Source: Candidatus Pacearchaeota archaeon (GTDB lineage: Archaea; Nanobdellota; Nanobdellia; Pacearchaeales; GW2011-AR1). From it: DNA of 64,000 bases. Positions 1 to 9,480 of this stretch are shown here, one piece after another; position 1 is the stretch's first letter; every line of letters begins with the position of its first letter. Under the pieces are notes generated by a model, which ran no database searches, was not told the DNA's origin, and saw only the letters and a list, made by a program, of their open reading frames with translations. The translations under genes were made by a program, and so were the position numbers. The stretch is taken from contig JAGLWM010000002.1 in assembly GCA_023133415.1 (NCBI GenBank), positions 24,081-88,080 of the forward strand. The letters run 5' to 3'.

Positions 1-311
1 GGAAGACCAAGGTTAAGAGTATAGAGGAATACAACAATCAAATTATTGAACTTTTAGATGTTGTTAATACTTTGACGACGCAGGTTGCGGAATTAAGAAA
101 GAAGGCGGGGATCGGTAAAAATATTCCTCTGAAAAAAAAATTAGTTGCTGATAAAACTTTAGGCACAAAGGTAGTTCCTGTTGCGAAGAAAAAAATTCTG
201 AAAAAACAAAAGGTTGTGTCTGAGGAAAGGGATATTGAACTAGAGCCTCGTAAGCCGAAGATTGATAGAAAAAAAGTTAGTGAAGTAAAGCAGCCAGCCG
301 AAGAAGAGTAG
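1..311 (+). CDS. C-terminal part of a lysine-rich coiled-coil protein (5' end outside window)
   Basis: The frame stays open from base 3 through the listed 72..311 ORF. K/E-rich low-complexity sequence. Confidence 0.3.
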   Translation, partial: KTKVKSIEEYNNQIIELLDVVNTLTTQVAELRKKAGIGKNIPLKKKLVADKTLGTKVVPVAKKKILKKQKVVSEERDIELEPRKPKIDRKKVSEVKQPAEEE

Positions 312-325
312 GTCGAAAAAAATGT

Positions 326-3300
326 TTAACTTTTAAGTTTTTCTTTAATCTTTTTTATACGTTCATCTATTAATCGTTCTTTAGGAATTGCTTTTGCTTC
401 TGTAGGAAGTTCTTGTTTTTGTTTTAGGATAGTCAAAATATCGAATTTTTTACGGAGGATGTAGATAACCATTATGAGTACAGCTATCAAAATAATAATT
501 AATATGCATATTGTTATCCAAAACAAATATTTTTTTGTTTCTACGGTGAATATTATATTTTCCAAATCACTTTCAACATCATCTACACATTTATTGGCTT
601 GTTTGAGATTATTTTCTGCATTGATAAAGATTCCTTCTTCAATATCTGCATTTAAAGTAGAAACCATGTTTTCACATTCTTTTAATTTTATTAAAATGCC
701 CCTTTCTTGAGTTTTTATTTTTATGTCTAATATTCGTTTTTGTATATTTTCTATTTCTTTTTGATAATAATTTTTAAAATTCATTACGTTTATTTTAAAT
801 GGCTCTGTGATTGTTATGTTGCCTGTTTTTATTATATAAGCAGATTCTTTTTCTCCGATGAAATCTTTAATAATTAAATTTATTTCGAACTCTTTTATTT
901 CTCCGGGTTTTAGTGTTGATATTATTTGTGGATTTATTAGGTAGTGTGTATCTTCAAGGTTTTGGAGGGTGAGGGTTATGTCTGTTATTTCTTCTTCTCC
1001 GGTATTTTTTATTTTTAGTATTATACTTTTCATGAGATTACTTATAACAGCAATTGTTTTTTCAGAATCATATATTATTAATTTTGGTTCTGTCGTTATT
1101 ATATCTTCTATATCTTCACTAATTGCTCCACCGTTTCCGCCTCCATCTCCTCTACTTGGGCAGATTCCACAATCCGAGGGACATGTTGAGCAGGTTTCAT
1201 CTCCATTACATATTCCATCTCCGCAGAAAATATTTCCTGCCGTTGTGCTAAATATTTTATATGCGCCTGCTCTCTCTGTATCAAGATAATAACCGACGAA
1301 TGTAATTTGCACTTGTCCAACATAATCTGTTGAAGGCTGGATATATTTCGTTATTGGTGCGATTCCTACTGCGAATGTGTCCATTCCTGCATCTAAGATT
1401 TCCTCTGTATCGGTTCTTGTTAGGCTCCATGCTAATGATAAGTCGGTCGGGTTGTTTCCAACATTGTCTGCTGTTACTGAAATATTTAAGTTATTTACAA
1501 CGTTACTAAGTATCTCAATATCGCCGACGTCGAAGAGGGCTCCCACGACTTTCCAGAATTCGTGCGTGTAATATGATATTGATGAAATTGTTGCATTAAT
1601 TATTGTTTCCCATTCTCCTGCCATTGGGGCAGAGCCCACGGAATAAGAATAATTGTAGATGCCAGTTTGTTTTTCTGTCATAGGATTGGTGGGGATGATG
1701 TTGCCTGCCGAGTCATAGATTGTGATTGCGATGGAATCTGGGCTGGTGTATATTCCTGATTGTTTAAAAAATGCTTCTGCATAGTAGGTGCCAGTTGCCT
1801 CTACTTCTGGATAGCCGCTAACCTCAACGGAATAACCGCCTCCGATATCAGATGAGACCTGTAATTCTATGTTGGACGAATTCCACGAGTTTGCGTAGTT
1901 ATCAGTATATGTTATGTTTAGGGAGTATGTTTCTTCTGAGAGAGGAACGGACAAGAACCATATGGTTGTTTTTGTTTGGTCGGCTGTGAAATTTTCCATT
2001 GGCATATTCTGGGGATAGGTGGAGGGAAAAGTAAATCCATCGGGGGTATTGAGATAAGCATAAACATTTTTTAACGGATCTATTGCGGTTAGTTGTCCGG
2101 CTATTTTTATTGTGTGGTATGGTAGTGTTATTGCTGGGGCTGTTTCGTTTTGTGTAGTTGTGTTTGGTTTTGTTACATTAAATTCTTGCCATGCAATCGA
2201 GTTATTAATTTGTTCTAATTTATCTTGCGCGTAAACTTTGAATTTGTATGTTCCGACCATAGGAGCGATAAAGGATGTGTTGAATGAGGTTGTGCTTGTG
2301 TTTGACATTGTTATATTTATTGAAGTATAATTGAAGGATACCCATGCGGTGTCCATGTTTGCATCGGATATTGTTGCCGAGATTATTACCTGTTCGCCTG
2401 ATGTTATATTGGAGTCTATTTGGAGGTTTGTTATTTGAGGTGCTTCATAATCTATTATGCTTTTGACGTCGAAACTTGAGTCTGAAGAATCGGTTGTGAC
2501 TGAACGTGAATCGTTCAAAATTATTGTTAGGTAATATGTGCCATATACTCCTGTGCTGTTCCAAGAGTATGTGCAGTTATTTGTTGTAGCGGTATCTGAA
2601 TCGCTATCGGTGCAATAGTTTGTTAAATTAATGTTTGATGCTATTATATTTGTCGTGGAATTTTGTGATTCTCCATAATAGATGTTTGCTGTGAGAGCGT
2701 TTGAATTGGGGTCAGAGACATTAAATATTATTGGATAGTTTCCCTGAGATTGGTTCACCGTTTCTTCTCCATTTGGCTGAATGATATTTATAATTGGTGG
2801 ATGGTTTGCGTGGAAGTAATTTTCTGAGGATATTGAAGAGCAATTGTTTGCGTCACAGACTGCGACCCAGAAACTTGTTGTTGTGTTGTCTGCTGATATG
2901 ATTGTGTAGGAGCATGTTATGGGATTTGTTTGTGCGAGAGTGGTGCTACAGAATGTTTTATCGGTACATCCTTCTGAGAATGTTATAGTTGAAGAATTGC
3001 ATACGTATGCTTGTGTATCATCTGATTCGAGGTCTGTCCAATCGATTGTGAAAGTTACATCTTCTCCTACTCCTTTTGGGTTTGTTGGGGTTGTATCTGT
3101 TGCTATATTGTCTATTGTCGGGGCTGCGTTTGCAACGTGTTCTATTATTATTTGCGGTCTTTGTGATGATGTTGTTGAATCTGATGAAGAAATTTTTGAG
3201 TAGTTTCCTGCGGAGGTATTTGATGCTATTAAGATAATTCCGTAATTATTTGAAGTGCCGTCGATCCAGTCTCTTGCGAGTTCGGTTATTGTGAAGTTGT

Positions 3301-3793
3301 AGTAGTTTCCTGAGGAGTTGAGAAAGATTTGTGTGTCTATCTCGGTTGAGTCGTAGTCGCCTCCGGCTGATGACCAAAGGGACGAGCTTGTTTTATTATT
3401 CCATGATGTTTTTGATTCAATCCATTCAGATGTTAGTTGATAGGCTTTAATGGTTATATTTGAACTTCCTGCAGTAGTTTCTAAATATACCTGAATTATT
3501 GCATCTGTTATTGTGTCTGTTTGTGGGATTGATGAGAGGTTGAATTGCAGGATGGCACGGAATTCTTTATTGGCAGCCGTTTTTCCTATACTTAGTGTCG
3601 TTGCTGTCGGGAAATTGTTATTTGGAAAATCTTCTCTGATATAGGTGTCTTTGCCTTCTGTCGCGTCTGGTTGAGAATTAAAAACAACATGTCCCACTAG
3701 GCCTTGTGGAATTTGTGTAAAAGATATTATTAAAAATCCTAAAATGAATATTAAAAATCCTAAAATAAGTGTAGTTTTTTTTCTTTTTTCCAT
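326..3793 (-). CDS. Large secreted N/S/T-rich surface protein (putative S-layer or adhesin-like glycoprotein)
   Basis: 1155 aa. N-terminal TM/signal, many N-x-S/T sequons, Cys cluster (CGDGICNGDETCSTCPSDCGICP), C-terminal TM plus coiled coil. Confidence 0.55.
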   Translation of the reverse strand: MEKRKKTTLILGFLIFILGFLIISFTQIPQGLVGHVVFNSQPDATEGKDTYIREDFPNNNFPTATTLSIGKTAANKEFRAILQFNLSSIPQTDTITDAIIQVYLETTAGSSNITIKAYQLTSEWIESKTSWNNKTSSSLWSSAGGDYDSTEIDTQIFLNSSGNYYNFTITELARDWIDGTSNNYGIILIASNTSAGNYSKISSSDSTTSSQRPQIIIEHVANAAPTIDNIATDTTPTNPKGVGEDVTFTIDWTDLESDDTQAYVCNSSTITFSEGCTDKTFCSTTLAQTNPITCSYTIISADNTTTSFWVAVCDANNCSSISSENYFHANHPPIINIIQPNGEETVNQSQGNYPIIFNVSDPNSNALTANIYYGESQNSTTNIIASNINLTNYCTDSDSDTATTNNCTYSWNSTGVYGTYYLTIILNDSRSVTTDSSDSSFDVKSIIDYEAPQITNLQIDSNITSGEQVIISATISDANMDTAWVSFNYTSINITMSNTSTTSFNTSFIAPMVGTYKFKVYAQDKLEQINNSIAWQEFNVTKPNTTTQNETAPAITLPYHTIKIAGQLTAIDPLKNVYAYLNTPDGFTFPSTYPQNMPMENFTADQTKTTIWFLSVPLSEETYSLNITYTDNYANSWNSSNIELQVSSDIGGGYSVEVSGYPEVEATGTYYAEAFFKQSGIYTSPDSIAITIYDSAGNIIPTNPMTEKQTGIYNYSYSVGSAPMAGEWETIINATISSISYYTHEFWKVVGALFDVGDIEILSNVVNNLNISVTADNVGNNPTDLSLAWSLTRTDTEEILDAGMDTFAVGIAPITKYIQPSTDYVGQVQITFVGYYLDTERAGAYKIFSTTAGNIFCGDGICNGDETCSTCPSDCGICPSRGDGGGNGGAISEDIEDIITTEPKLIIYDSEKTIAVISNLMKSIILKIKNTGEEEITDITLTLQNLEDTHYLINPQIISTLKPGEIKEFEINLIIKDFIGEKESAYIIKTGNITITEPFKINVMNFKNYYQKEIENIQKRILDIKIKTQERGILIKLKECENMVSTLNADIEEGIFINAENNLKQANKCVDDVESDLENIIFTVETKKYLFWITICILIIILIAVLIMVIYILRKKFDILTILKQKQELPTEAKAIPKERLIDERIKKIKEKLKS

Positions 3794-3892
3794 CCAGTAT
3801 ATAAGAGAGGAGATATTTTTAAAAGCTTTTACTTCACTATATTACTAATTGCTATAAGTGATATTAGAAGTACTCCGAATAATGCCGTATTT

Positions 3893-4216
3893 CTATTTTA
3901 GTTTTACTGCGGTTCCGTAGGCCAACATTTCGGATGCTCCTTGCATTATCATGGAGGTCGAAAATCTGACTCCGATTATTGCGTCGGCACCCATATCTAT
4001 TGCTTCGTTTATCATTCGGTTGAAGGCTTCTTCTCTTGCTTGGGTTGTCATTTTGGTGTATGTTTTTATTTCTCCGCCCACAATTGTTTTAAGTCCAGCT
4101 AGAATGTCTCGTCCGACATGGCGTGCTCGGATTGTGTTGCCTTTTGCAATTCCTAGAATTTTTGTAACCTTTTTTCTTGGTATTTCTAGTCCCGTTGTTG
4201 TTATTAATTCTTTCAT
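3893..4216 (-). CDS. YbjQ/UPF0145 (DUF74) family protein
   Basis: 107 aa with typical YbjQ-family sequence (GADAIIGVRF...AYGTAVKL). Confidence 0.6.
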   Translation of the reverse strand: MKELITTTGLEIPRKKVTKILGIAKGNTIRARHVGRDILAGLKTIVGGEIKTYTKMTTQAREEAFNRMINEAIDMGADAIIGVRFSTSMIMQGASEMLAYGTAVKLK

Positions 4217-4292
4217 TGATTTCTTTCTTTTTTAGAAAAAAAGAAATTTCTCGCAAGTAGAAAAAACTTCTTTTCCAAAACTATGCTTTGAT
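4217..4292. repeat. Module-A miniature repeat (AT-rich, TTTCTTTTTT-AG-AAAAAAAGAAA hairpin) abutting the start codon of the minus-strand gene
   Basis: Near-identical copies at 6185-6460, 7392-7526, 22356-22476 and 59232-59309. Confidence 0.8.
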
Positions 4293-4466
4293 TCATTTTT
4301 CTTTATCCCTCCTTTTTTCTATTTTGTCTTCTTCTTTGCGGAATAAAATAAGGGTGATTCCAATGAGCGTTGGGATTAGGGCGGGGATTATCGCGGAGGT
4401 TTTTATAAAAATGATTATTCCGAGGATTATCCCGGCAATTCCTAAGAAAATTGATTCTTTTGTCAT
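4293..4466 (-). CDS. Small membrane protein (about 57 aa)
   Basis: Internal Met of ORF 4293..4679. The upstream part of that ORF is a translated module-B repeat. Hydrophobic core. Confidence 0.3.
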   Translation of the reverse strand: MTKESIFLGIAGIILGIIIFIKTSAIIPALIPTLIGITLILFRKEEDKIEKRRDKEK

Positions 4467-4544
4467 GGTTTGGTTTAGTTGTTTTAGTTTATAAGTTTTA
4501 GGTAGGGAAAAACTTTGTTTTTCAGTTGGTAGTTGGTAGTACGC

Positions 4545-4680
4545 TTCGCTTGTGGTGGTTTGTTGCGGTCGCTCGGCACATCCCAAATTGCTTGGCAGTT
4601 CTGCACACCCCAAATTGCGGAGTCTTGGAGCGAGTGTCGGGGCGAATGTGGGGCATGGTTGTTCCGCGTGACTTGGCAAC
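4545..4680. repeat. Module-B GC-rich dispersed repeat (core TTGGCAGTTCTGCACACCCCAAATTGCGGAGTCTTGGGGCGA with CCCCAA/TTGGGG hairpin)
   Basis: Related copies at 8040-8245, 11838-11910, 18340-18410, 20575-20640, 22390-22430, 25210-25310, 56343-56480, 58470-58530 and 6370-6405. Confidence 0.8.
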
Positions 4681-5870
4681 TAAAAAGGTAAGTAAAAAAT
4701 TATTGTGGGTATTAATATTGCGCTCATAAGGAAGCTTCTTCGGGTTTGAAATTCGATGCAGGTAAGGCCGAGTGCTGTTGCGGTTGTTAAGATTATTAGG
4801 CCTTGAATTCCTGTGAAGTAGGTTGTGATTATTATTAGGAAAATTAGGATGATGGTTGATATTTTTGTGTAGGGGATTTTGTGGATTTTTGTCGCGATTA
4901 TTTTTGAAATTTTTAGGGAGAGTGGTATTGTGAGGAGGGATGCCATTATGATTGTTGCTAGAATTGTTACGAGGTTTGTTGTTGTGAGGCTTGTGATTTG
5001 AGAGATTGCGAAGGCTGTTCCTGTTCGGGATTTTTGGAAGAGGTAGAGTGTGACGAATGAGATTGACATAACGAGTGTGTTGATGGAGCCGAGGAGAATT
5101 AAGAATTGTTCGCGGTTTAGTTTTTTTGTTATTGTGGATCCGATGATTGCGGCTTGGCTACTTCCGAGTCCTGGGAAAAATGAACAGATTGGAGAGATTA
5201 AGATTGTTGCTATTGTTGGTTTAATAATTTCTTTTTTGTCGATTTTTAGTTTTTCGATTTTCTGTGGTGGAAGAATTGTTTTGGATTTGATAGAGTGAAT
5301 TATTGTGGAGGTTCCGAAGAGGCCGGTTAGGAGGGGGAGAAGGGGTTGGGATATTCCGAGATTAAAGCTACTCAGCCCGAGGAATCCAGCGAGAGTGAAT
5401 ATGAGGATTGCTTTTATTTTGGATTTTTTTTCGTTATAGATTAGAAAGATTGCGATCCAGATTAGGCTGAATCCCATCATGCGTTGGATGAAAGGGTAGA
5501 GCTTTGGCATAAGGATTATGAAGATTGGGATAATGAGAATGAGGGAGATGATTGCGATGGTTGACCCAAGGAGGGTTAGCTTTAGGGCGTGGTGACCTTT
5601 GCCCTCGAGAAGGAGTTCGTGTCCCGGGAGAGTTCCTAAGCAGGTGTCTTCGTTTGGGGCTCCAAGAAAAATTGCTGGGATGAAGTCGATGAATGTGTGG
5701 GTTATTGCCATTGCGGTTAGGAAGATTAGGAGGGTTGTTGTTGGAAGATTTTGGATGAAGGATATGGCAAGAATGAAGATTGCGATGAGGTTGATGTGGA
5801 TTCCGGGGATGAGGCCGGTGATTGTGCCAGAGAGGATGCCAATTATAAGCGGAATGATTAATTCTATCAT
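4680..5870 (-). CDS. TctA/DUF112-family membrane transporter subunit
   Basis: 396 aa polytopic protein. Motif GAPNEDTCLGTLPGHELLLEGKGHHAL resembles the TctA signature. Confidence 0.5.
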   Translation of the reverse strand: MIELIIPLIIGILSGTITGLIPGIHINLIAIFILAISFIQNLPTTTLLIFLTAMAITHTFIDFIPAIFLGAPNEDTCLGTLPGHELLLEGKGHHALKLTLLGSTIAIISLILIIPIFIILMPKLYPFIQRMMGFSLIWIAIFLIYNEKKSKIKAILIFTLAGFLGLSSFNLGISQPLLPLLTGLFGTSTIIHSIKSKTILPPQKIEKLKIDKKEIIKPTIATILISPICSFFPGLGSSQAAIIGSTITKKLNREQFLILLGSINTLVMSISFVTLYLFQKSRTGTAFAISQITSLTTTNLVTILATIIMASLLTIPLSLKISKIIATKIHKIPYTKISTIILIFLIIITTYFTGIQGLIILTTATALGLTCIEFQTRRSFLMSAILIPTIIFYLPF

Positions 5871-6184
5871 TTATTTTGTGGAAGGATGTTGTTATTAATG
5901 TTGTTGGAGATTTTGGATAATTTGCTAATGATGATTTGTTTTTTGTTTTTGTAGGTATCAGGTTTGCCTTGGAATTTTATCGTGTCGCCTTTTTTGAGGC
6001 TGATGAAGGAAGTATCGAAGAGGATTAGTTCCGTTTTTATATTCTCAAGTTGTATTGTTATTTTGTTGTTTGATGGATTTATGGATTGTATTGTTCCAGT
6101 TTGTGTTGGTTTTGTTTGGGAGAGGAAAATGAGGGTTAGGATTCCGAGGAGGGTTAGAATGAGGGTTAGCTTTTGAAGATTCAT
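5867..6184 (-). CDS. Small secreted/anchored hypothetical protein
   Basis: 105 aa, N-terminal signal anchor. Module-A repeat directly upstream. Confidence 0.4.
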   Translation of the reverse strand: MNLQKLTLILTLLGILTLIFLSQTKPTQTGTIQSINPSNNKITIQLENIKTELILFDTSFISLKKGDTIKFQGKPDTYKNKKQIIISKLSKISNNINNNILPQNK

Positions 6185-6460
6185 TGATTTCTTTCTTTTT
6201 TAGAAAAAAAGAAATTTCTCGCAAGTAGAAAAAACTTCCTTTCCAAAACTTCGTTTTGATTTAATTCCATGATTTCTTTCTTTTTTAGAAAAAAAGAAAT
6301 TTCTCGCAAGTAGAAAAAACTTCCTTTCCAAAACTTCGTTTTGATTTAATTCCATGATTTCTTTCTTTTTAGGCAGTTCTGCAGACCCCTAATGTTTGAA
6401 CTCTGGGGCCAAAAAAGAAATTTCTCGCAAGTAGAAAAACTTAATTTCCAAAAATTTATT
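6185..6460. repeat. Tandem array of three module-A units (about 86 bp each). The third unit has a module-B core inserted in its hairpin loop.
   Basis: Direct tandem copies. No unique spacers, so not a CRISPR array. Confidence 0.85.
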
Positions 6461-6480
6461 TTTATAGTCAATTTTTGCCA

Positions 6481-7458
6481 TTATCTTGTTTGGAATTCTA
6501 TTATGTCTTTGTCTTTTAGTATGTGGTCTAGTCCAATTACTTGACCGCCGAATTTTGATGAGGGTCCCCATACTTTTGCTCGTTTAATTTTTTTTGACAT
6601 TCCTTTTAGGATTTTTTCTGCGGCGTCGTGGAAAGTTGTATCTTTTTTTAGTATCATTGGCTCTTTGCTAGGATCCTTTTTCGGTTCTTTTGTATAGACT
6701 CGGATGATTGGGAATGTTTCGAAGATTTTTTGTTTTAAATGTTTTAGTTGTATTTTAGTTGGAGAGTTTGAAAAGAAAACATAGGAGAGATTCTTGTATT
6801 TTGATTTTAGTGTTGCTTCAATTTTTCGCTTTTCCTTTTCTGAGAGGAGGTCTTCTTTATTGTAAATTATAATTATTTTTGCGTGGGTTCTGTAGATGTG
6901 TTTTTCGGCTTTTTTGATTTGATCGAGGTTGTCGATTATGAGGAGGAGGGTATCTGTTGAGTTGATGAGTGATTTGTCGTGATTTGGAAAAGAGGGTTGG
7001 TCGATGATCTGGATTAATGCGTCTTCGAAATGGAAGGTTCCGAGTTGATGTCGGTGAGTTGTGAAGGGATAGGGGGAGGTTTTAGTTTCTTGGTTTGTTA
7101 GAGTTTTGAAGATTGTTGATTTGCCGGTGTTTGGGAATCCTGCGAGGACGCATTGCATGTCGGCTTTTTTGATTCCGATTTGTGTTGATTTGCCAGATTT
7201 TTTTTGTTTGGCTATGGAGGTTTTTAGTTTTTTGTAACGATTGGTTAGATTTTTTCGCATGTTTTCAGAGGATTTGTGTTTTGGGACTTCTTTCATCATA
7301 ATTTCTAGGTATGCGAGTCTTTCTTCGTCTGTTGTTGCTTCTTGGAATTCCTGCTCGGCTTTTTGGTAGAATGGGGATTGGTTTGTTGATGCTATGATTT
7401 CTTTCTCTTTAGAAAAAATTTCTCTTCCACCCAAAATGGCGTACCTCTGTTGAGGCAA
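6481..7458 (-). CDS. DRG-family GTP-binding protein with C-terminal TGS domain
   Basis: G1 GFPNTGKST, G2 FTT, DQPS motif, TGS-like C-terminus. N-terminal 20 aa overlap a module-A repeat, so the true start may be downstream. Confidence 0.75.
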   Translation of the reverse strand: MPQQRYAILGGREIFSKEKEIIASTNQSPFYQKAEQEFQEATTDEERLAYLEIMMKEVPKHKSSENMRKNLTNRYKKLKTSIAKQKKSGKSTQIGIKKADMQCVLAGFPNTGKSTIFKTLTNQETKTSPYPFTTHRHQLGTFHFEDALIQIIDQPSFPNHDKSLINSTDTLLLIIDNLDQIKKAEKHIYRTHAKIIIIYNKEDLLSEKEKRKIEATLKSKYKNLSYVFFSNSPTKIQLKHLKQKIFETFPIIRVYTKEPKKDPSKEPMILKKDTTFHDAAEKILKGMSKKIKRAKVWGPSSKFGGQVIGLDHILKDKDIIEFQTR

Positions 7459-7607
7459 AGTAGAGAAACTTATTTTCCAAAACTGCGTTTTGATTTAGTT
7501 CCATGATTTCTTTAATACTGGAAGGTTTAAGAGAGTTGTGTCGGCGGCGAGGTGTTTGGGTAATGGGTTTTAGTAAGGTTATTAAATGTGTATGTTTTTA
7601 GAAACTT

Positions 7608-8036
7608 ATGGAGAAGGCGGTTATTTGGTTGAGTGTTTTTATTTTGTTGATTGGGGGAGTTGTAGCGCAGGATGGTTGGGGAGAGATTAATATTGAGGAT
7701 TCGGGGGTTGATGCTCAGATGCCAGGTGAGATGCCAAGTGAGATGCCAGGTGAAATGCCAGGTGAGATGCCAGGTGAGATGCCAGGTGAGATGCCAGGTG
7801 AGATGCCAGGTGAGATGCCAAGTGAGATGCCAGGTGAGGCGGTAGAGGGTGAGGTGCAACAAGAGGTTTTATTGCCTGACGAAAGGGGGGATGGGGAACG
7901 GGTAGCAGTGTCAGGGAATGGGAAATTTTATACTACGGATTTTTATATTGCCTTAGGGATAGGTCTTTTTATTTTAGTTGTAATTGGTATTGTGATTTTC
8001 TTTTTGATTCGAGGACCAAAGAATAAGTGGAAGTAG
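7608..8036 (+). CDS. Secreted acidic repeat protein (MPGE/MPSE x10) with C-terminal TM anchor
   Basis: Signal peptide, 12-nt tandem repeat at 7719-7838, C-terminal TM plus basic tail. Confidence 0.6.
   Translation: MEKAVIWLSVFILLIGGVVAQDGWGEINIEDSGVDAQMPGEMPSEMPGEMPGEMPGEMPGEMPGEMPGEMPSEMPGEAVEGEVQQEVLLPDERGDGERVAVSGNGKFYTTDFYIALGIGLFILVVIGIVIFFLIRGPKNKWK
7719..7838 (+). repeat. 12-nt tandem repeat (ATGCCAGGTGAG)x10 inside the CDS
   Basis: Directly visible in sequence. Confidence 0.9.
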
Positions 8037-8039
8037 GGG

Positions 8040-8245
8040 TTCACTTTATGGAAAGGTTCAGCTTTGCTGGAAAGGCTTAATCGCTGTTGCGATTGGAAAA
8101 GCTCATGCTTTGCGTGGGGGCTTGGCTGTTAGTGGTTTAAATGTTGCGGTCGCTTGGCATATTCCTAATTGCTTGGCAGTTCTGCGTACCTCAAATTGCG
8201 GAGTATCGGGGTGAATAAAGGGGTACGGTTTGTCCGCGTTAAGAA
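8040..8245. repeat. Full-length module-B repeat
   Basis: The 5' half matches 25230-25300. The 3' core matches 4560-4680. Confidence 0.8.
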
Positions 8246-8266
8246 AAGATTAGTAAAGTTGTTAAA

Positions 8267-8956
8267 TTGAGGTTTCTTTTTAATCTTATGAAGCTGGGTA
8301 TTTTGTTTAGTGGAGGGAAGGATTCGACTTTGGCAGTTTGGATTGCGAAGAAAGAGGGTTATGAATTAGGATGTTTGATTTCGGTTGTTTCTAGAAATAA
8401 GGAGAGTTTTATGTTTCATGTGCCGTCGATTAAGAGTGTTGTGGCGCAGGCGGATGTTATGGGAGTGCCTTTGATTTTGAAGGAGACCACAGGGGTTAGG
8501 GAGAAAGAGCTAATAGATTTGGATATCGCTATTGAGGAGGCTCGGGATAGATTTGGAATTGAGGGCGTCGTGACGGGGGCTGTTTGTTCAGTTTATCAGG
8601 CTTCGAGAGTTCAGAAGATTTGTAATAAGTTGGGACTAGAATGCTTTAATCCTCTTTGGCAAAAGGATCAGGTTGAGTTGTTGAGGGAGTTGATTGCGGA
8701 AAAATTTGAAGTGATTGTTGTTGGTGTTGCGGCTTATCCTTTGGATGAAAAGTTTTTAGGGAGGGAAGTTGATAGTGAGTTTATTAATGAGATGGTGAGG
8801 CTGAAGGAGAAGTTTGATATTAATCCGGCTGGAGAGGGTGGAGAATTTGAGAGTTTTGTTTTGGATTGTCCTTTGTTTGAGAGGGGATTAGAGGTGAAGA
8901 GTTTTGAGGATTTTGGGGAGGGGAATTCTTGGAGAAGGGAGATTGAGACAGAATGA
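8267..8956 (+). CDS. Dph6/MJ0570-family PP-loop ATPase (diphthine-ammonia ligase-like)
   Basis: SGGKDS PP-loop. EGGEFESFVLDCPLF resembles the GEYHT.VLD.PLF motif. Start probably at Met 8288. Confidence 0.65.
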   Translation: MRFLFNLMKLGILFSGGKDSTLAVWIAKKEGYELGCLISVVSRNKESFMFHVPSIKSVVAQADVMGVPLILKETTGVREKELIDLDIAIEEARDRFGIEGVVTGAVCSVYQASRVQKICNKLGLECFNPLWQKDQVELLRELIAEKFEVIVVGVAAYPLDEKFLGREVDSEFINEMVRLKEKFDINPAGEGGEFESFVLDCPLFERGLEVKSFEDFGEGNSWRREIETE

Positions 8957-9480
8957 TATTGATTGTTAATGTTTGTTCTGAGAAATTGCATTATTATGAG
9001 TTTGTGAAGCCAATCGAGGATATTTTGAAAGAGGACTTTTTTGTGAAGCATTATTCTGAGTTGAATGATAGCGATTTGGTTAGGGCTGACAGGGTGATTA
9101 TTTGTGGAACGAGTTTGGGAGATGATTCGTTTTTGAAGGATTTGGAAAAATTTAATTGGATTAAAAATTTTGATAAGCCGTTGCTTGGGATTTGTGCCGG
9201 GTTTCAGATTTTGGGTTTGGTTTTTGGTGGAGAATTAAAAAAGAAATTAGAGATTGGATTTTTTCGTGAGACTTTTGAGAAAGAGTTTTTAGGATTAGAG
9301 GGAGACGTTGAAGTTTATCATTTGCATAATAATTATGTTGAGTTTGGGGGAGAGTTTGAGATTTTTGCCGGGAAGAGTTTTCCGCAGGCTGTGAGGTTTA
9401 GGGGCAAGGATTTTTATGGGGTTTTGTTTCATCCGGAAGTTAGGCAGAAAGAAATGATTTTGAGGTTTGTTGGAAAATGA
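8953..9480 (+). CDS. Class I glutamine amidotransferase-like protein
   Basis: GICAGFQ nucleophile-elbow motif and FHPE. Overlaps the upstream gene by 4 nt. Confidence 0.55.
   Translation: MILIVNVCSEKLHYYEFVKPIEDILKEDFFVKHYSELNDSDLVRADRVIICGTSLGDDSFLKDLEKFNWIKNFDKPLLGICAGFQILGLVFGGELKKKLEIGFFRETFEKEFLGLEGDVEVYHLHNNYVEFGGEFEIFAGKSFPQAVRFRGKDFYGVLFHPEVRQKEMILRFVGK

Noticed and set aside
6185-6460. Possible CRISPR array (regular 86-bp tandem repeats)
   Set aside because: The units directly abut one another with no unique spacers, and the repeat is dispersed singly elsewhere. There are no cas genes nearby.
7527-7862. Minus-strand ORF with LTWH repeats
   Set aside because: Antisense translation of the MPGEMPSE tandem repeat. 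The plus-strand gene has a signal peptide and anchor.
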